DNA of 64,000 nucleotides, taken from Octopus sinensis (lineage: Eukaryota). Each line of letters begins with the position of its first letter. Positions within the stretch are counted from its first letter, which is position 1. The notes beneath the pieces were generated by a model that did not search any database, had not been told where the DNA came from, and was given only the letters and a program-made list of their open reading frames with translations. The stretch spans positions 39,618,001 through 39,682,000 of the forward strand of contig NC_043004.1 of the NCBI RefSeq assembly GCF_006345805.1. The letters run 5' to 3'. Of this stretch, positions 1 to 11,538 are shown piece by piece. A program made the translations under genes and the position numbers.

Positions 1-71
1 ATAGCTTGTCAGGACATAATGAGAAGTGAGAAAAGATCAATAATCACAAAAACAAAAAAAACCAAGACTTA

Positions 72-430
72 CAGGCGTGACTGAGTGGTAGGAAGCTTGC
101 TGCTTAACCATATCGCTCCAATTCCAGGTTCAGTCGTACAGTGTGGCACTTTGAGCCGATAAAAGCCTTGTGAGTGGATTTGGTAGATGGAAACTGGAAG
201 AAGCCTGTTGTGTGTGGCTTTTGTATCTGTTTATCTCCCACCAACGCTTGAAAACCGGTTTTGGTGGTTTCGTCCCCGTAACCTAGCGGTTCGGCCCAAG
301 AATGCGATAGAAAAAGTACCAGGCTTAGCAAAACAATTACGTACTAAGGTCGATTCATACGACTAAAGTTTTTTCATTGGCGGTGCACCAGCATGGCCGC
401 AGTCTAATGGTTGAAACAATTTGAATATAA
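72..430 (+). mobile_element. tRNA-derived SINE, family A (degenerate copy)
   Basis: tRNA-like head, body GCCTTGTGAGTGGATTTGGTAGA.GGAAACTG.AAGAAGCC and 3' tail GGCGGTGCACCAGCATGGCCGCAGTC, shared with more than 10 copies in the window. Confidence 0.8.
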
Positions 431-692
431 AAGACAAAGAATATATGTATGTATATACATACATGTGTGTGCATATATAAGGTTAGGGTTAGGGTTATAT
501 ATAAACATACATGCCTATGTGCACATTCCTGCAGTATATATATTTGTCGTCAGCATTCTGCCAACATTGTGTCCGAGAACATGGGCCAAAGAATGCAAAA
601 CTATAGCTGTGACGCATTCGCATAATTAATACCACGTGACCTAAGCTGCCCAATAGAGGCATAATGCCTAGAATTTTTTTTCATGTAATTAT

Positions 693-735
<43 letters not shown>

Positions 736-799
736 TCATTTTTGTATTTGGTTTACAAGATTCTTTATATGAATTCGTGTGTTGAATCATATTTTACTT

Positions 800-1085
800 T
801 GTCTGGAGAGATTCATTGTTTTTTAATGCCTTATTTATAAAACACTCACCGGTTGGATTTCCATTCATTTATTATTTTTTTCTAAAATTTTCGTTGTTTC
901 TTCAATAGTCATTAGCTATACATGCAGGTGTCGGTGTGGCTGGAGACGCAGCTCCGATAACAGATATTGTCAACGACTCCTGAAGTGGTTGCAAGAAAAT
1001 TTTAGAAAAAATAAAAAATAAATGAGTTGAAACCGAACCGGTGTGTTAATTAATAAGGCATTAAAACAGACTGACTCTCCCCAGG
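800..1085. repeat. Degenerate inverted repeat (arms ~800-910 and ~975-1085)
   Basis: Left arm TTTTAATGCCTTATT..ACCGGTT..TTTTTTCTAAAATTTTC is the reverse complement of the right arm GAAAATTTTAGAAAAAA..AACCGGT..AATAAGGCATTAAAA. Confidence 0.65.
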
Positions 1086-1640
1086 CAATAATATATATAC
1101 AAATATATATCATCATTATATGAGGGAAACGAAACAAACAAGGGAGATTGTGCATAAGATATTTAGCTACACCATCTTACGTACATTTCATTAACATAAG
1201 GTGATCATTAGCTACATAATGTGAATTAGAAAATCAAAACCTAGTGTTAAAGCGTCAGAGAAGTGTAACTTTTACACGAAACGCTTTTTTTTTTTCGCCT
1301 TTTTTTTCTTTTGTTGGAAAAGATGTTAATAATATTCATCAACGTAGATATGACATGCGACTCTACTGAACTGACTCGGACAAGCACTTTATAATATTTG
1401 CTATCAGATAAGGAAAATTGACACACAGTAGAATAGAAGAGGATCGAGGTGGGTATCAGGCGAGAACATTTTCTGATTAATAGTTTCACTGGATCATTTT
1501 ATCAGTTACTTTTTTTATACTTCTTTAGTCTAGCGATAAGAGTTATAGACAGTCATAAACAGTCTCAATATATTCTAACTTGTATATATCATGCATATGT
1601 TTATCTCCACAAGCGTACATGTGTATGAATATAATTTTCA

Positions 1641-1912
1641 TTTTATTTTATATGCTTCAGCCATTTGACTGCGGCTATGCTGGAGCACCGCCTTTAGTCG
1701 AACAAATCGACCCCAGGACTTTCTCTTTGTAAACCTAGTACTTATTCTATCGGTCTCTTTTGCCTAACCGCTAAGTGAACATAAACACACCAGCATCGGT
1801 TGTCAAGCGATAGTGGGGAAACAAACTCAGGTACACAAATATAAGCACACACGCACACATATATACGACGGGCTACTTTCAGTTTCCGTGTACCAGATCC
1901 ATTCACAAGGCT

Positions 1913-1956
<44 letters not shown>

Positions 1957-2321
1957 GTTTTTTATTCTTTTATTTATTTAATTCATTTAACTGCGGCCAT
2001 GGTGGAACAAATCGACTCCCAGGACTTATTCTTTGTAAGCCTGTACTTATTCTATCGGTCTCTTTTGTGTAAGTTACGGGACGTAAACACACCAACATCG
2101 GTTGTCAATCGACAGTGGTAAGGACAAACACAGACACACAAACAGATACATATACATACAGCGGGTTTCTTTCAGTTTCCGTCTACCAAATCCACTCAGA
2201 GGGCTTTGGTCGGCCCGAAGCTACAGGAAAAGACACTTGCTCAAGGTGCCATGCAGTGGGACTGTGCCTGGAACCATGTGGTTGGTTGGCAAGCTACTTA
2301 CCACACAGCCACTCCCGCGCC
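1641..2321 (-). mobile_element. Two tandem family A SINEs (1641-1911 lacking its head; ~1961-2321)
   Basis: Both match the family A body and tail in reverse; they are separated by (TA)n(TG)n. Confidence 0.85.
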
Positions 2322-3133
2322 TATATATACATACATACAAGTTTATACACACAATACCTTTAGATTTTAAACGCTATTAGCGGGATATGAACACAAAGCG
2401 CTGTGAGTTGGAACAGCAACACCACGATATTCTACCCAACGTACGTCTATGTTGCTTAGCTCACACACACTTACACACACACACAAACACATACAGACGA
2501 GCACACACGCACGAGCACCCACGTATGCACGCAAACTCACACACATATACACACACGACATTCTGAAAGATTTCTTATGCGCCATTTACAAAATAAAACA
2601 TTTTATGTTTTAAACGAAAGATAGAAACCATACGTTTGTTATCAGTTCCGACGTTTTATTACTTCCCCTGTTCTGTTCTATGGAGATTGCAGCTTTGGTC
2701 GTTTGTATATCGATGTCGTCGCTGCTGTTTTAATTGTCTGCACGCTCCTAGCTGGCGTCTCCATCTTGTAGAAATAAAATATTATGGTTTTTTTTTTCTC
2801 TTCAAATTGCGCTTTGTATCTCAACCACTGTCATCTTTTTATACTTACATTACGCCTCAAATTTAGGTTTTAATAGCAATCTGTGCTCATACTAAAATAC
2901 AGATACATCGTTAAAAGCCTATCCAACAGCGCATTCGACTCGAGATTCCGTGTCTCAGAGAGGTATAGTCTTAAAAAGCAGATATATCTGTAGCAGACAA
3001 AAGATCGTCGAGTAGTTTTGAGAGGCATTACCAAATGCATGTTTCTGCTTCTTTGAGCTTCGTCAATACCAAGAATTCACTGTCGTCCATATGCTAAGAC
3101 AAAATCGGCCGTTACTGATAAAGTAAAACTATA

Positions 3134-3905
3134 ACTGATAAATCACTGATGTCGCAGTGAGCTGATCAGATGGATAAGAAAAATTCATTATGTGCCACAA
3201 AAGTAATATTAGTTTAAAACAGCAATCTGTTTATTATACTTGATGTAAATATATGACTGAAAGCCAAATTAACTGCGGTATTCGCCCGAAAATTAACATT
3301 TTCTATGGATGCACTACGTTAAATAACACAAAAATACATCAGTAGCATATTTCTCAATCCCTTTTTTTCCCTGTTTTAATGTCGACAGATTTTGTCGTAG
3401 CATGCGATTACCAGTAGGGATACATGCTACAGACAAAGCCCCAAAATACAAAATGCTCATCTCGCATTCCCACTACCGCTGCTGGCCAAAATCCATCTGC
3501 TACTAATATATTTTTGTGTACCTCCATAAAAGACATCTCCGGATGAATATCTCAATTAATTTGGCATTACGTGATGTATTTGCATTAAGTATGATACGCA
3601 AGCTCCTATTTTAACATAATATTGCTTCTGTTGCACATAATGAATTTTTATTCAGCCAGTCGCTTAACTGCGACATCAGCGGTTTTTCAGTCATTCCTTT
3701 CCCATATCAGTAAGAATGGATATTGTCTTGCTATGTGGTTTTCAGCGGGTACATGAAGCCTCAAGAGGCAAGAAAAAAATGTTCATATTAAATATTATCA
3801 CCGGGATACTAATGAAGTTACTTTCGCTTTCCGTGGAGTATTTGCATCAAGTACGATACACAAATTACTATTTTAATCTAATACGGCGTCTGTTGCACAT
3901 AACAA
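3134..3905. repeat. Degenerate foldback element (arms ~3134-3260 and ~3570-3693) plus a third arm copy at ~3836-3905
   Basis: ACTGATAAATCACTGATGTCGCAG (3134) vs CTGCGACATCAGCGGTTTTTCAGT (~3668-3691). GTATTTGCAT.AAGTA.GATAC..TCTGTTGCACATAA occurs twice directly and once inverted. Confidence 0.55.
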
Positions 3906-3965
3906 ATTCATGAAAATTTTAACTTAACAGAGACAATATAAAGCCAAGATGGACTTATTTACATT

Positions 3966-4010
3966 ATAGTCTGATGATGGCTTATCAGGCCGAAACTTCG
4001 AAGTCACTAT
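3966..4010 (+). ncRNA. Type I hammerhead ribozyme with canonical core
   Basis: AUAGU-CUGAUGA-U-GGC(UUAUCAG)GCC-GAA-ACUUCGAAGU-C-ACUAU. Stem I is 5 bp, the core is intact, stem III is a perfect palindrome, and the GUC triplet predicts cleavage after 4005. Confidence 0.85.
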
Positions 4011-4115
4011 CAACACCATTCTTGTAAAAGAACTCTACCAAATGTATTTAGTAATCCTTTAATCTAATGTAAAATTGTTTTTATTACAACACAAAAACAA
4101 ACATTAATATATATA

Positions 4116-4754
4116 CAGGGTGCGATGGGTAAATTGTCATCTTTTTATATTTTTAATTTCGTTCATCTTCATTGTTTGCTTTTGATCTTGCCGACTAACC
4201 AGTATAGTAGGGGCAGTTGGGTACCGTCTGTGAGAAAAAACAGCACCGTGACTCAATTCACTCTGCCAGAAATTTGGGAACCACATGCTGTATTGCTTGG
4301 CATTCGCCCCGAAAGCTCCAATACGATCATTTCAGGGTGTTTGGGTGTCAATCTGAGAACATGTATCGAGAGTGATAAAAATCAAACGTCCTGTCAACAT
4401 CATGGTGTTTGGAGGAATCACTAGTAATGGCGACGTTATGCCTCTATTCATCTTCCTATACGAACTCAGACACAACACGTAGACCTACATCAAGTGCCTG
4501 GAGAGGGTAGTGCCGCCCTGGGTCAAGAGCGTGGCTGCTGGAAGACCTTATGTCTGGCTACAGGACTTTGCAGCATGCCACACAAACAGAAGATCCCAGA
4601 TTCTGAAGTCGTCTGGAGGCCGCCGTTGAAGCCAATGGTGGTTTTGTTGAATAAATTTACTCTTTAATATTTCAAGATATTTTTATGTAAATTTGGTATA
4701 TGCATCTGTTAAAATTTTTGTATATTTAGACGACAGTTTATTCACTGTACTCTG
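4116..4754 (+). mobile_element. Internally deleted Tc1/mariner-superfamily (maT/DD37D-like) DNA transposon
   Basis: TA|CAGGGTG left TIR and degenerate right TIR at 4729-4754. 4384-4600 translates KRPVNIMVFGGITSNGDVMPLFIF..YIKCLERVVPPWVKSVAAGRPYVWLQDFAACHT (one stop), matching the DDE catalytic region. Confidence 0.75.
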
Positions 4755-4757
4755 CAT

Positions 4758-4813
<56 letters not shown>

Positions 4814-5176
4814 CGATTGTGTGGGTGTAATTGGAGTCAAATTTCAAAAGTTTTCACAATTAAGCTAACTCAATGGCACCAACAACATCAGAACATAAAC
4901 AACAACAATCAAAATAAAATTGTATAATAAATACACGACTGTGTATATAAGAACAATTATAGCAGATTAGTGCAGCAGCAGCAGCTGCAAACAACTAAGA
5001 CAGACCATTTCTTTCTTTCTCTGTGATATAGTCGAGTAAATTCTACAGATTTCCTTTCTTAAAGTTATAATCTAGCTTTAGAAAACTTATCACGATTAAA
5101 AACGAAAGTCGTTGCGTAAAATTTTAGGCAACTCGATACCATTGCCAACACCACCACCATTGCAGGCACCCGACAA

Positions 5177-5225
<49 letters not shown>

Positions 5226-5245
5226 TTACTACTACTACTACTACT

Positions 5246-5655
5246 GGATCTTTTCGGTTTCAACGGCAGTTTTTTTCTAGCGGTGTCATATGAAATTGTC
5301 ACCCATAATTATGACCCTAGTATCGATCTATTGCATTTCAATCTGTGTTAGGGTTAGGGGTGGGGGGAAGGATAACTTTTTTTCTTCACAAATGTAAATA
5401 AACCTAATCTGTTTCTTAAACGAGGGACATATTCATATGGCACAGAATGTTGTTTACTTCAATGGACGCCAGTGATTGGTTGAAATTGCAGAAATTGAAG
5501 AAAAAACAACAAATATCTTACAAACTATAGAATTTTCTCAATAAATCCAAGAGAAAAAGATGTTTTAAAAACACATTCTACCAGTATACGAAGTTTAAAA
5601 TTTTTTAGTTAGCTAGAAATTATGTTAAAAACTGCCATTCAAACCGAAAAGATCC
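5246..5655 (+). mobile_element. MITE family M (TIR GGATCTTTTCGGTTT.AACGGCAGTTTTT), copy 1
   Basis: ~29-bp TIRs; inserted in (CTA)n with CTACTACT on both sides; internal TTAGGG units; non-coding. Confidence 0.9.
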
Positions 5656-5975
5656 CTACTACTACTACTATTAACATCAACAATAGCAACAACAGCAGCA
5701 ACAACGACAACAATAGTAACAACAGAAAGATGACGACTTAGAAATTGTAATTATGTCTTCCTGAATGCATTCCATACTGTCTTAGAAAAGGACGCGTTGA
5801 ATATACACGACAGTGGGCTCCCTGCATGTAAGATACAGGCGGAATCGTCACGGATGGAATGCTTTTTCTCAAATAAGGTTGATCTAAGGTGAACAGCAAT
5901 GACAACGACTATTACCATTTAGACAAAACAATCAAGGAATGGACTTCTTTCTAACTCGGGCAAAAAAGAACATAT

Positions 5976-6378
5976 TACTCTTTTACTCTTTTACTTGTTT
6001 CAGTCATTTGACTGCGGCCATGCTGGAGCACCGCCTTTAATCGAGCAACTCGACCCCGGGACTTATTCTATTGTAAGCCCAGTACTTATTCTATCGGTCT
6101 CTTATGCCGAACCGCTAAGTAGCGGGGACATAAACACACCAGCATCGGTTGTCAAGCAATGCTAGGGGGATAAACACAGACACACAAACACAGACACGCA
6201 TATATATATACATATATACGACGGGCTTCTTTCAGTTTCCGTCTACCAAATCCAATAACAAGGCTTTGGTCGGCCTGAGGCTATAGTAGAAGACACTTGC
6301 CCAAGGTGCCACGCAGTGGGACTGAACCCGGAACCATGTGGTTGGTAAACAAGTTACTTACCACGCAGCCACTCCTGC
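5976..6378 (-). mobile_element. Full-length family A SINE
   Basis: Head GCAGGAGTGGCTGCGTGGTAAG..GGTTCCGGGTTCAGTCCC (A/B-box-like), internal (CA)/(TA) tract and AAAAGAGT-repeat tail. Confidence 0.9.
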
Positions 6379-6580
6379 AAAAAATAAATAAATAAATATG
6401 GTTAATGTAGTGAAATAGATATGAAAATGGGGGTAGGCTGAAATGCCTTTATTCGTATGTTTTAATCAGGGATGACCAGGGCATTAAACAAGAAAAATGA
6501 GTATCACCGACGTCACAGCCACCACATCCATCGCAACCACCGCCACCGCTTCCGCAACTGAAAGCCATAACCAGTAGCAG

Positions 6581-6801
6581 TACCTATTTCTTTATTACCC
6601 ACAAGGGGCTAAACACAGAGGGGACAAACAAGGACAGACATAGGTATTAAATCGATTACATCGACCCCAGTGTGTTACTGGTACTTAATTTATCGACCCC
6701 GGAAAGATGAAAGGCAATGTCGACCTCGGCGGAATTTGAACTCAGACCGTAACGGCAGACGAAATACGGCTACGCATTTCGCCCGGCGTGCTAACGTTTC
6801 T
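6581..6801 (-). mobile_element. tRNA-derived SINE, family B
   Basis: Reverse of AGAAACGTTAGCACGCCGGGCGAAAT..GAGTTCAAATTCCGCCGAGGTCGAC..GCCCCTTGTGGGTAATAAAGAAATAGGTA. Other copies lie at about 10010-10200, 12928-13156, 22196-22356, 33575-34450, 38048-38280, 42581-42812, 51626-51840, 56191-56460 and 63418-63570. Confidence 0.9.
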
Positions 6802-6839
6802 CGGTACCATTACCACGAATACCATTTCTATCGTCTCTA

Positions 6840-6966
6840 CTACGACTGCCACCACAGCTACCACCACTGTTATCATCGTCATCATCATCATTATCAACAT
6901 CATCATCACCATCATCATCAACATCATCATCACCATCAACATTATCAGCATCATCATCATCATCAT
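6840..6966. repeat. (CAT/CAC)n trinucleotide tract
   Basis: Directly visible; it explains the poly-H, poly-M and poly-I ORFs. Confidence 0.9.
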
Positions 6967-7514
6967 CTTTGTCAATGCAAGGACATCAACAATAGTTTTG
7001 AAATACTGTTTTATCATCAGTTTTTAATTATTTTTTCATTATTATTATTTTTGGAAATGAATTTTAGGCCTTTTTTTTTGCTAATTTCTTCAACTATTTG
7101 TATTCTAAATGATTGTTCAAAAACCTCTGCGTACTCGTGTACTTACCAAGACACATTCAAACACACACACACACACACACACACTAATACACAAACACAT
7201 GTACGCACACACACACTTTCACATACATAAACACATATCCACAACATACGTACACAAATATACACAAACATCTATACACACATGCACGCAAATATATATA
7301 GACATATACATCTGCACATATATACATGCTCACATATACAGATACACACACACACATATATATACATGCACTCATACACACATACACACGCACATACAAT
7401 ACATTAAGGATATATACCGCACGCATTACACATACATGCGCGAATATAAACATATATGCGCGGATATTCGCAAATCATGCAGATATACACACAGACACAC
7501 GCAAAACGAAACAC

Positions 7515-7562
<48 letters not shown>

Positions 7563-7756
7563 ACAGACAGACAGACAGACAGACAGACACAGGCAGACAG
7601 GAACACCGCCTTTATTCGAACAAACTGCGCCCAGGACTTATTCTTTGTAAGCCTAGTACTTATTCTATTGGGCTCTTTTACCGAACCGCTAGGTACGGGC
7701 TGTAAGCGATGGTAGGTGGACAAACACAGACACTCACACACAAATATACACATGTA

Positions 7757-8013
7757 TTCTTCTTCTTCCTTTAGCCCTCCAACGCGGTGTATAGGCCACT
7801 TATAGTTGAATTCCATGTCGCATAATTTTTCGCTTCTGTACTTATACTCTGCCGTGAATGTCCCCCTTTCTCTAGTTCCTTTTGTGTTGATCTACGCAAC
7901 GAGTTCTTAGACCTACCTTTCTTTCTATATCCATTCGGATTCCACTGTGAAGCACTTTTTGCTACATTTGGTGTGTTTTATCTAATTGTGCTACCAATCC
8001 ACTTCCACTTTTT
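7757..8013 (-). mobile_element. RTE-clade LINE 3' end
   Basis: Minus strand translates KKWKWIGSTIR*NTPNVAKSASQWNPNGYRKKGRSKNSLRRS.., matching the RTE C-terminal WIGH..WNP.G.R.RGRP motif, followed by a (GAA)n tail. Confidence 0.75.
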
Positions 8014-8040
8014 CTTAAATATTTGCTCCCTATATACATA

Positions 8041-8080
<40 letters not shown>

Positions 8081-8082
8081 AT

Positions 8083-8230
8083 ACGACAGACTTCTTTCGG
8101 TTTCTTTCTACCAAGTTCACTCACAAGGTTTTGGTCGGCCCGAGACATTTGCCCAAGCTGCCACGCAGTGGGACTGAACCCAGAATCATGTGGTTCGGAA
8201 CCACGCTTCTAACCACACAGCCACGCCTGC
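8083..8230 (-). mobile_element. Family A SINE, 5' half
   Basis: Reverse of the family A head and body. Similar partial copies lie at about 7604-7735, 42387-42531, 42836-43030 (+), 43101-43270, 43436-43606, 50047-50210 and 50597-50702. Confidence 0.8.
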
Positions 8231-8908
8231 ATCTATGTATGTATACATAAGAAACGAAACGAAAAAAAAATGAAAGAATGATGCAAACAAAGAGGGAAAG
8301 AAAAAAGTCAAAGAGAAAGAAGAAAAAGAAAATTTGGATGATTCTTCCCTAAAGGAGAATAATATCTTTGTCTAAACGGATCTATGACACCTGGAACTCA
8401 TATTTCAGATAAGATGCTCTCTGTTGATTGTTCATAATAGTGACACACAAAGGGGAAATAATCCGACTCTTTGAATCTCTGAAGGAAAACTTCGGATTCT
8501 GCATCCGTGCACACTCGAACGTTATCTGACTTCAAATCTTTGCATACCCTTAGACTTTATGTAAGTTGCGACGTATTTTCCCAGATATTCGCCGATTCAG
8601 TAGAATCTGTAATCTGTAGCTAGTCAATCTAAAGAGAACAGAAAAAAAATCAATTTCAGATACGTAAATGTAATGATTGAATGGTTGGTAATACTACACA
8701 CACACGCGCGCGCGCGCGCGCACACACACACACACACAAAGACACACACACATACACGCGCGCGCGAACACATACACACACACATATATATACTTGGAAG
8801 AGGAGGCGTGGCGTTCAATCATATAATATATATATTTATATATGAATTATGTATATATATATATATGTGTGTATGTATATATTTATATATACATGTATAT
8901 ATATATAC

Positions 8909-8945
<37 letters not shown>

Positions 8946-9166
8946 TACTTGGAGAAAAGAAAAGACAAACCAAACGACGTGAGGGTGCTCAGTCATACAA
9001 TAATTTAATAATAAAATATATGCATACATACATGTATGTACGTACCTACATCTACATGTATATATACATGAATATATATATATATATATCTATATATATA
9101 TATATTATATATATATATATGATTGTGTGTGTGTATATGTTTATGTGTGTATAGATATATACATAT

Positions 9167-9201
<35 letters not shown>

Positions 9202-9626
9202 ATATATATATATAATATATATACATCTAACATTGTTTTCATCTTTATAGTAATGCAAACAGTAGTGAAGTTTTGGACCTTCTTTGTAATACCATCCATT
9301 GTTTTTTCTGTGCTGCAGAAATTATTTTCTTTTAAAAAGAAGAAATGCGTCCATGGATTTCTGTCATTTTTGAATTATTTATGATTTGCAAACTTTATCA
9401 TATCCCATTGGTAAACGGAAATAGAGTGGATGGAACTGGAAATTGAGAATACTGATAGTCATTATTTAAAAAATGCTTAGAATCTGTGTGTGTCCGAGAG
9501 AGTGTGTGTGTGTGTGTGTGTGTAATTGCGATCGTCTGCACGTATTTATGCATAACTTATATTACTATATATTTTGATAGATAGACAGACATATAGATAG
9601 GTAGATAGATAGATAGATAGATAGAT

Positions 9627-9950
9627 AGATTAGATATGTTTCTTTATTAGCCACACAGGGCTGCACACAGACAGGACAAATTACAAGGCAGCGCTTTTCT
9701 TTTGGGGGTAAAAAAAGGCGGTTTGGTATTCGATCAAAAGGGATCGTAAAAGGAAAGAAAGAGGACAAAAAATGGGGTGGGATAGAAAATAAAAGGAAAA
9801 GGAAAAAAATCGATCAATAGGGATCGTTATCACAGAACTGTCAATATAAAGTGTAAAGGGGAGGACAGGTGAGGTTTACCCGTGGAAAGAAAAGCCTACG
9901 GAAAAGACCACGGTAACCTCGGTCAATGAAGTCACATTTTATATTTGACT
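9627..9950 (-). mobile_element. Probable LINE 3' UTR whose terminus resembles the family B SINE tail
   Basis: Minus strand ends TTTGTCCTGTCTGTGTGCAGCCCTGTGTGGCTAATAAAGAAAC followed by an (ATCT)n tail. Confidence 0.5.
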
Positions 9951-10294
9951 TCATAGATAGGTAGATAGATAGATAGAAGGACTAAGCAAGGGAGAGAGGG
10001 CAACTGATGTGGCGTGCAGGCAAAATCTTGAGCACGCCAAACAAAATGCCTACCGATATTTCGTCCGTCTTTACGTTCTGAGTTGAAATTCCACGCAGGT
10101 CAACTTTACCTTTCATCCTTTGATTGTTCTATAAAATAAGTACCAGATGAATACTGGGTTCGATATAATCGAATATTCTGCTCTCCTGAAATTGCTGGAA
10201 CTTGTGCCAAAATTTTAAACTAATATTTATACCATAATATTTATTGCTCTATCTACTTCAAGTTAAGCTGTTGAAACGAAATGCATGTGCGAGT

Positions 10295-10342
<48 letters not shown>

Positions 10343-10513
10343 TTTGTGTGTTTGAGTGTTTGTGTGCTTAAGTGTGTGTGTAGAGAGGGAGGGAGGGTGC
10401 CGAAAAGATTCTATAGAAAATCAAGTAACTGATGAAGTTTTAGTGTAGAGCAACGCTACTTCCGCCTTCCTGGAGGTCGTCAAGCGTTTACTAGCACTGT
10501 TAGTTATTTCTAT

Positions 10514-10895
10514 GGAGGCGCAATGGCCCAGTGGTTAGGGCAGCGGACTCGCGGTCATAGGATCGGGGTTTCGATTCCCAGACCGGGCGTTGTGAGTGTT
10601 TATTGAGCGAAAACACCTAAAGCTCCACGCGGCTCCGGCAGGGGATGCTGGTGATCCCTGCTGTACTCTTTCACCACAACTTTCTCTGACTCTTACTTCC
10701 TGTTTCTGTTGTACCTGTATTTTAAAGGGCCGGTCTTGTCACTCTCTTGTCACGCTGAATATCCCCGAGAACTACGTTAAGGGTACACGTTTCTGTGGAG
10801 TGCTCAGCCACTTACACGTTAATTCACCGAGCAGGCTGTTCCGTTGATTCGGATCAACCGGAACCCTCGTCGTCGTAACCGACAGAGTGCTTCCA
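10514..10895 (+). mobile_element. Full-length tRNA-derived SINE, family C (OR-type-like)
   Basis: Head GGAGGCGCAATGGCCCAGTGGTTAGGGCAGCGGACTCGCGGTC..GGTTTCGATTCCC; 12-bp TSD AGTTATTTCTAT at 10502-10513 and 10898-10909. Other copies lie at about 12530-12627 (-), 39835-40115, 46145-46358 (-), 49786-50040 and 57850-57908. Confidence 0.9.
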
Positions 10896-11484
10896 TAAGT
10901 TATTTCTATGTATATACAAGGCTCCCTAGGAACGAGAAGTAGACACAGCAGCAGTGAAAGTGCGAAAGTAGGTGGGCTGACTTATTTCAGAAGAAGACTC
11001 AATTATTTTTGAAGCAACAAAGGAATCGCATTTCGTAATTTATTAAATATATCTCCAGGAATGTATTTTATAAAAAAACTAAAAGTGTTTCAGATTAATT
11101 AGTAGAACAAAAGATGGACTCATAGCCCATCAGCAAAAATTCCTGAACAGTTTTTTTTCTATTATTAATTTCATTGCGGAGGTTGAAAAACAGGAGTTGA
11201 AAAAAATAAATAACTTCTCTTATTTCACAAATAATCTCCTACGACATTCATGCTTGACTGTTATTGTTTTATTTATTTGTTTTTTTGTTTATATTTTTAA
11301 GTAGCCCCGGCAGTTCTATATATATATATATATATATGCATGTATATATGTATAAGAATGTTAGGCAATGTAAATACTGAGAGACCCCCCCGTAAGTAGA
11401 GAAACATACATACATCATACGTACATCATACATACATAGATATATGTGCCTGTGTGTGTGTATGTATGTATGTTTGTATGTATG

Positions 11485-11538
<54 letters not shown>

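Noticed and set aside
481-497. GGTTAGGGTTAGGGTTA telomere-like repeat
   Set aside because: Only two full units and no associated structure; too short to call an interstitial telomere.
10514-10590. tRNA gene
   Set aside because: This is the tRNA-like head of SINE family C. It continues into the SINE body inside a TSD, and I could not fold a complete cloverleaf.
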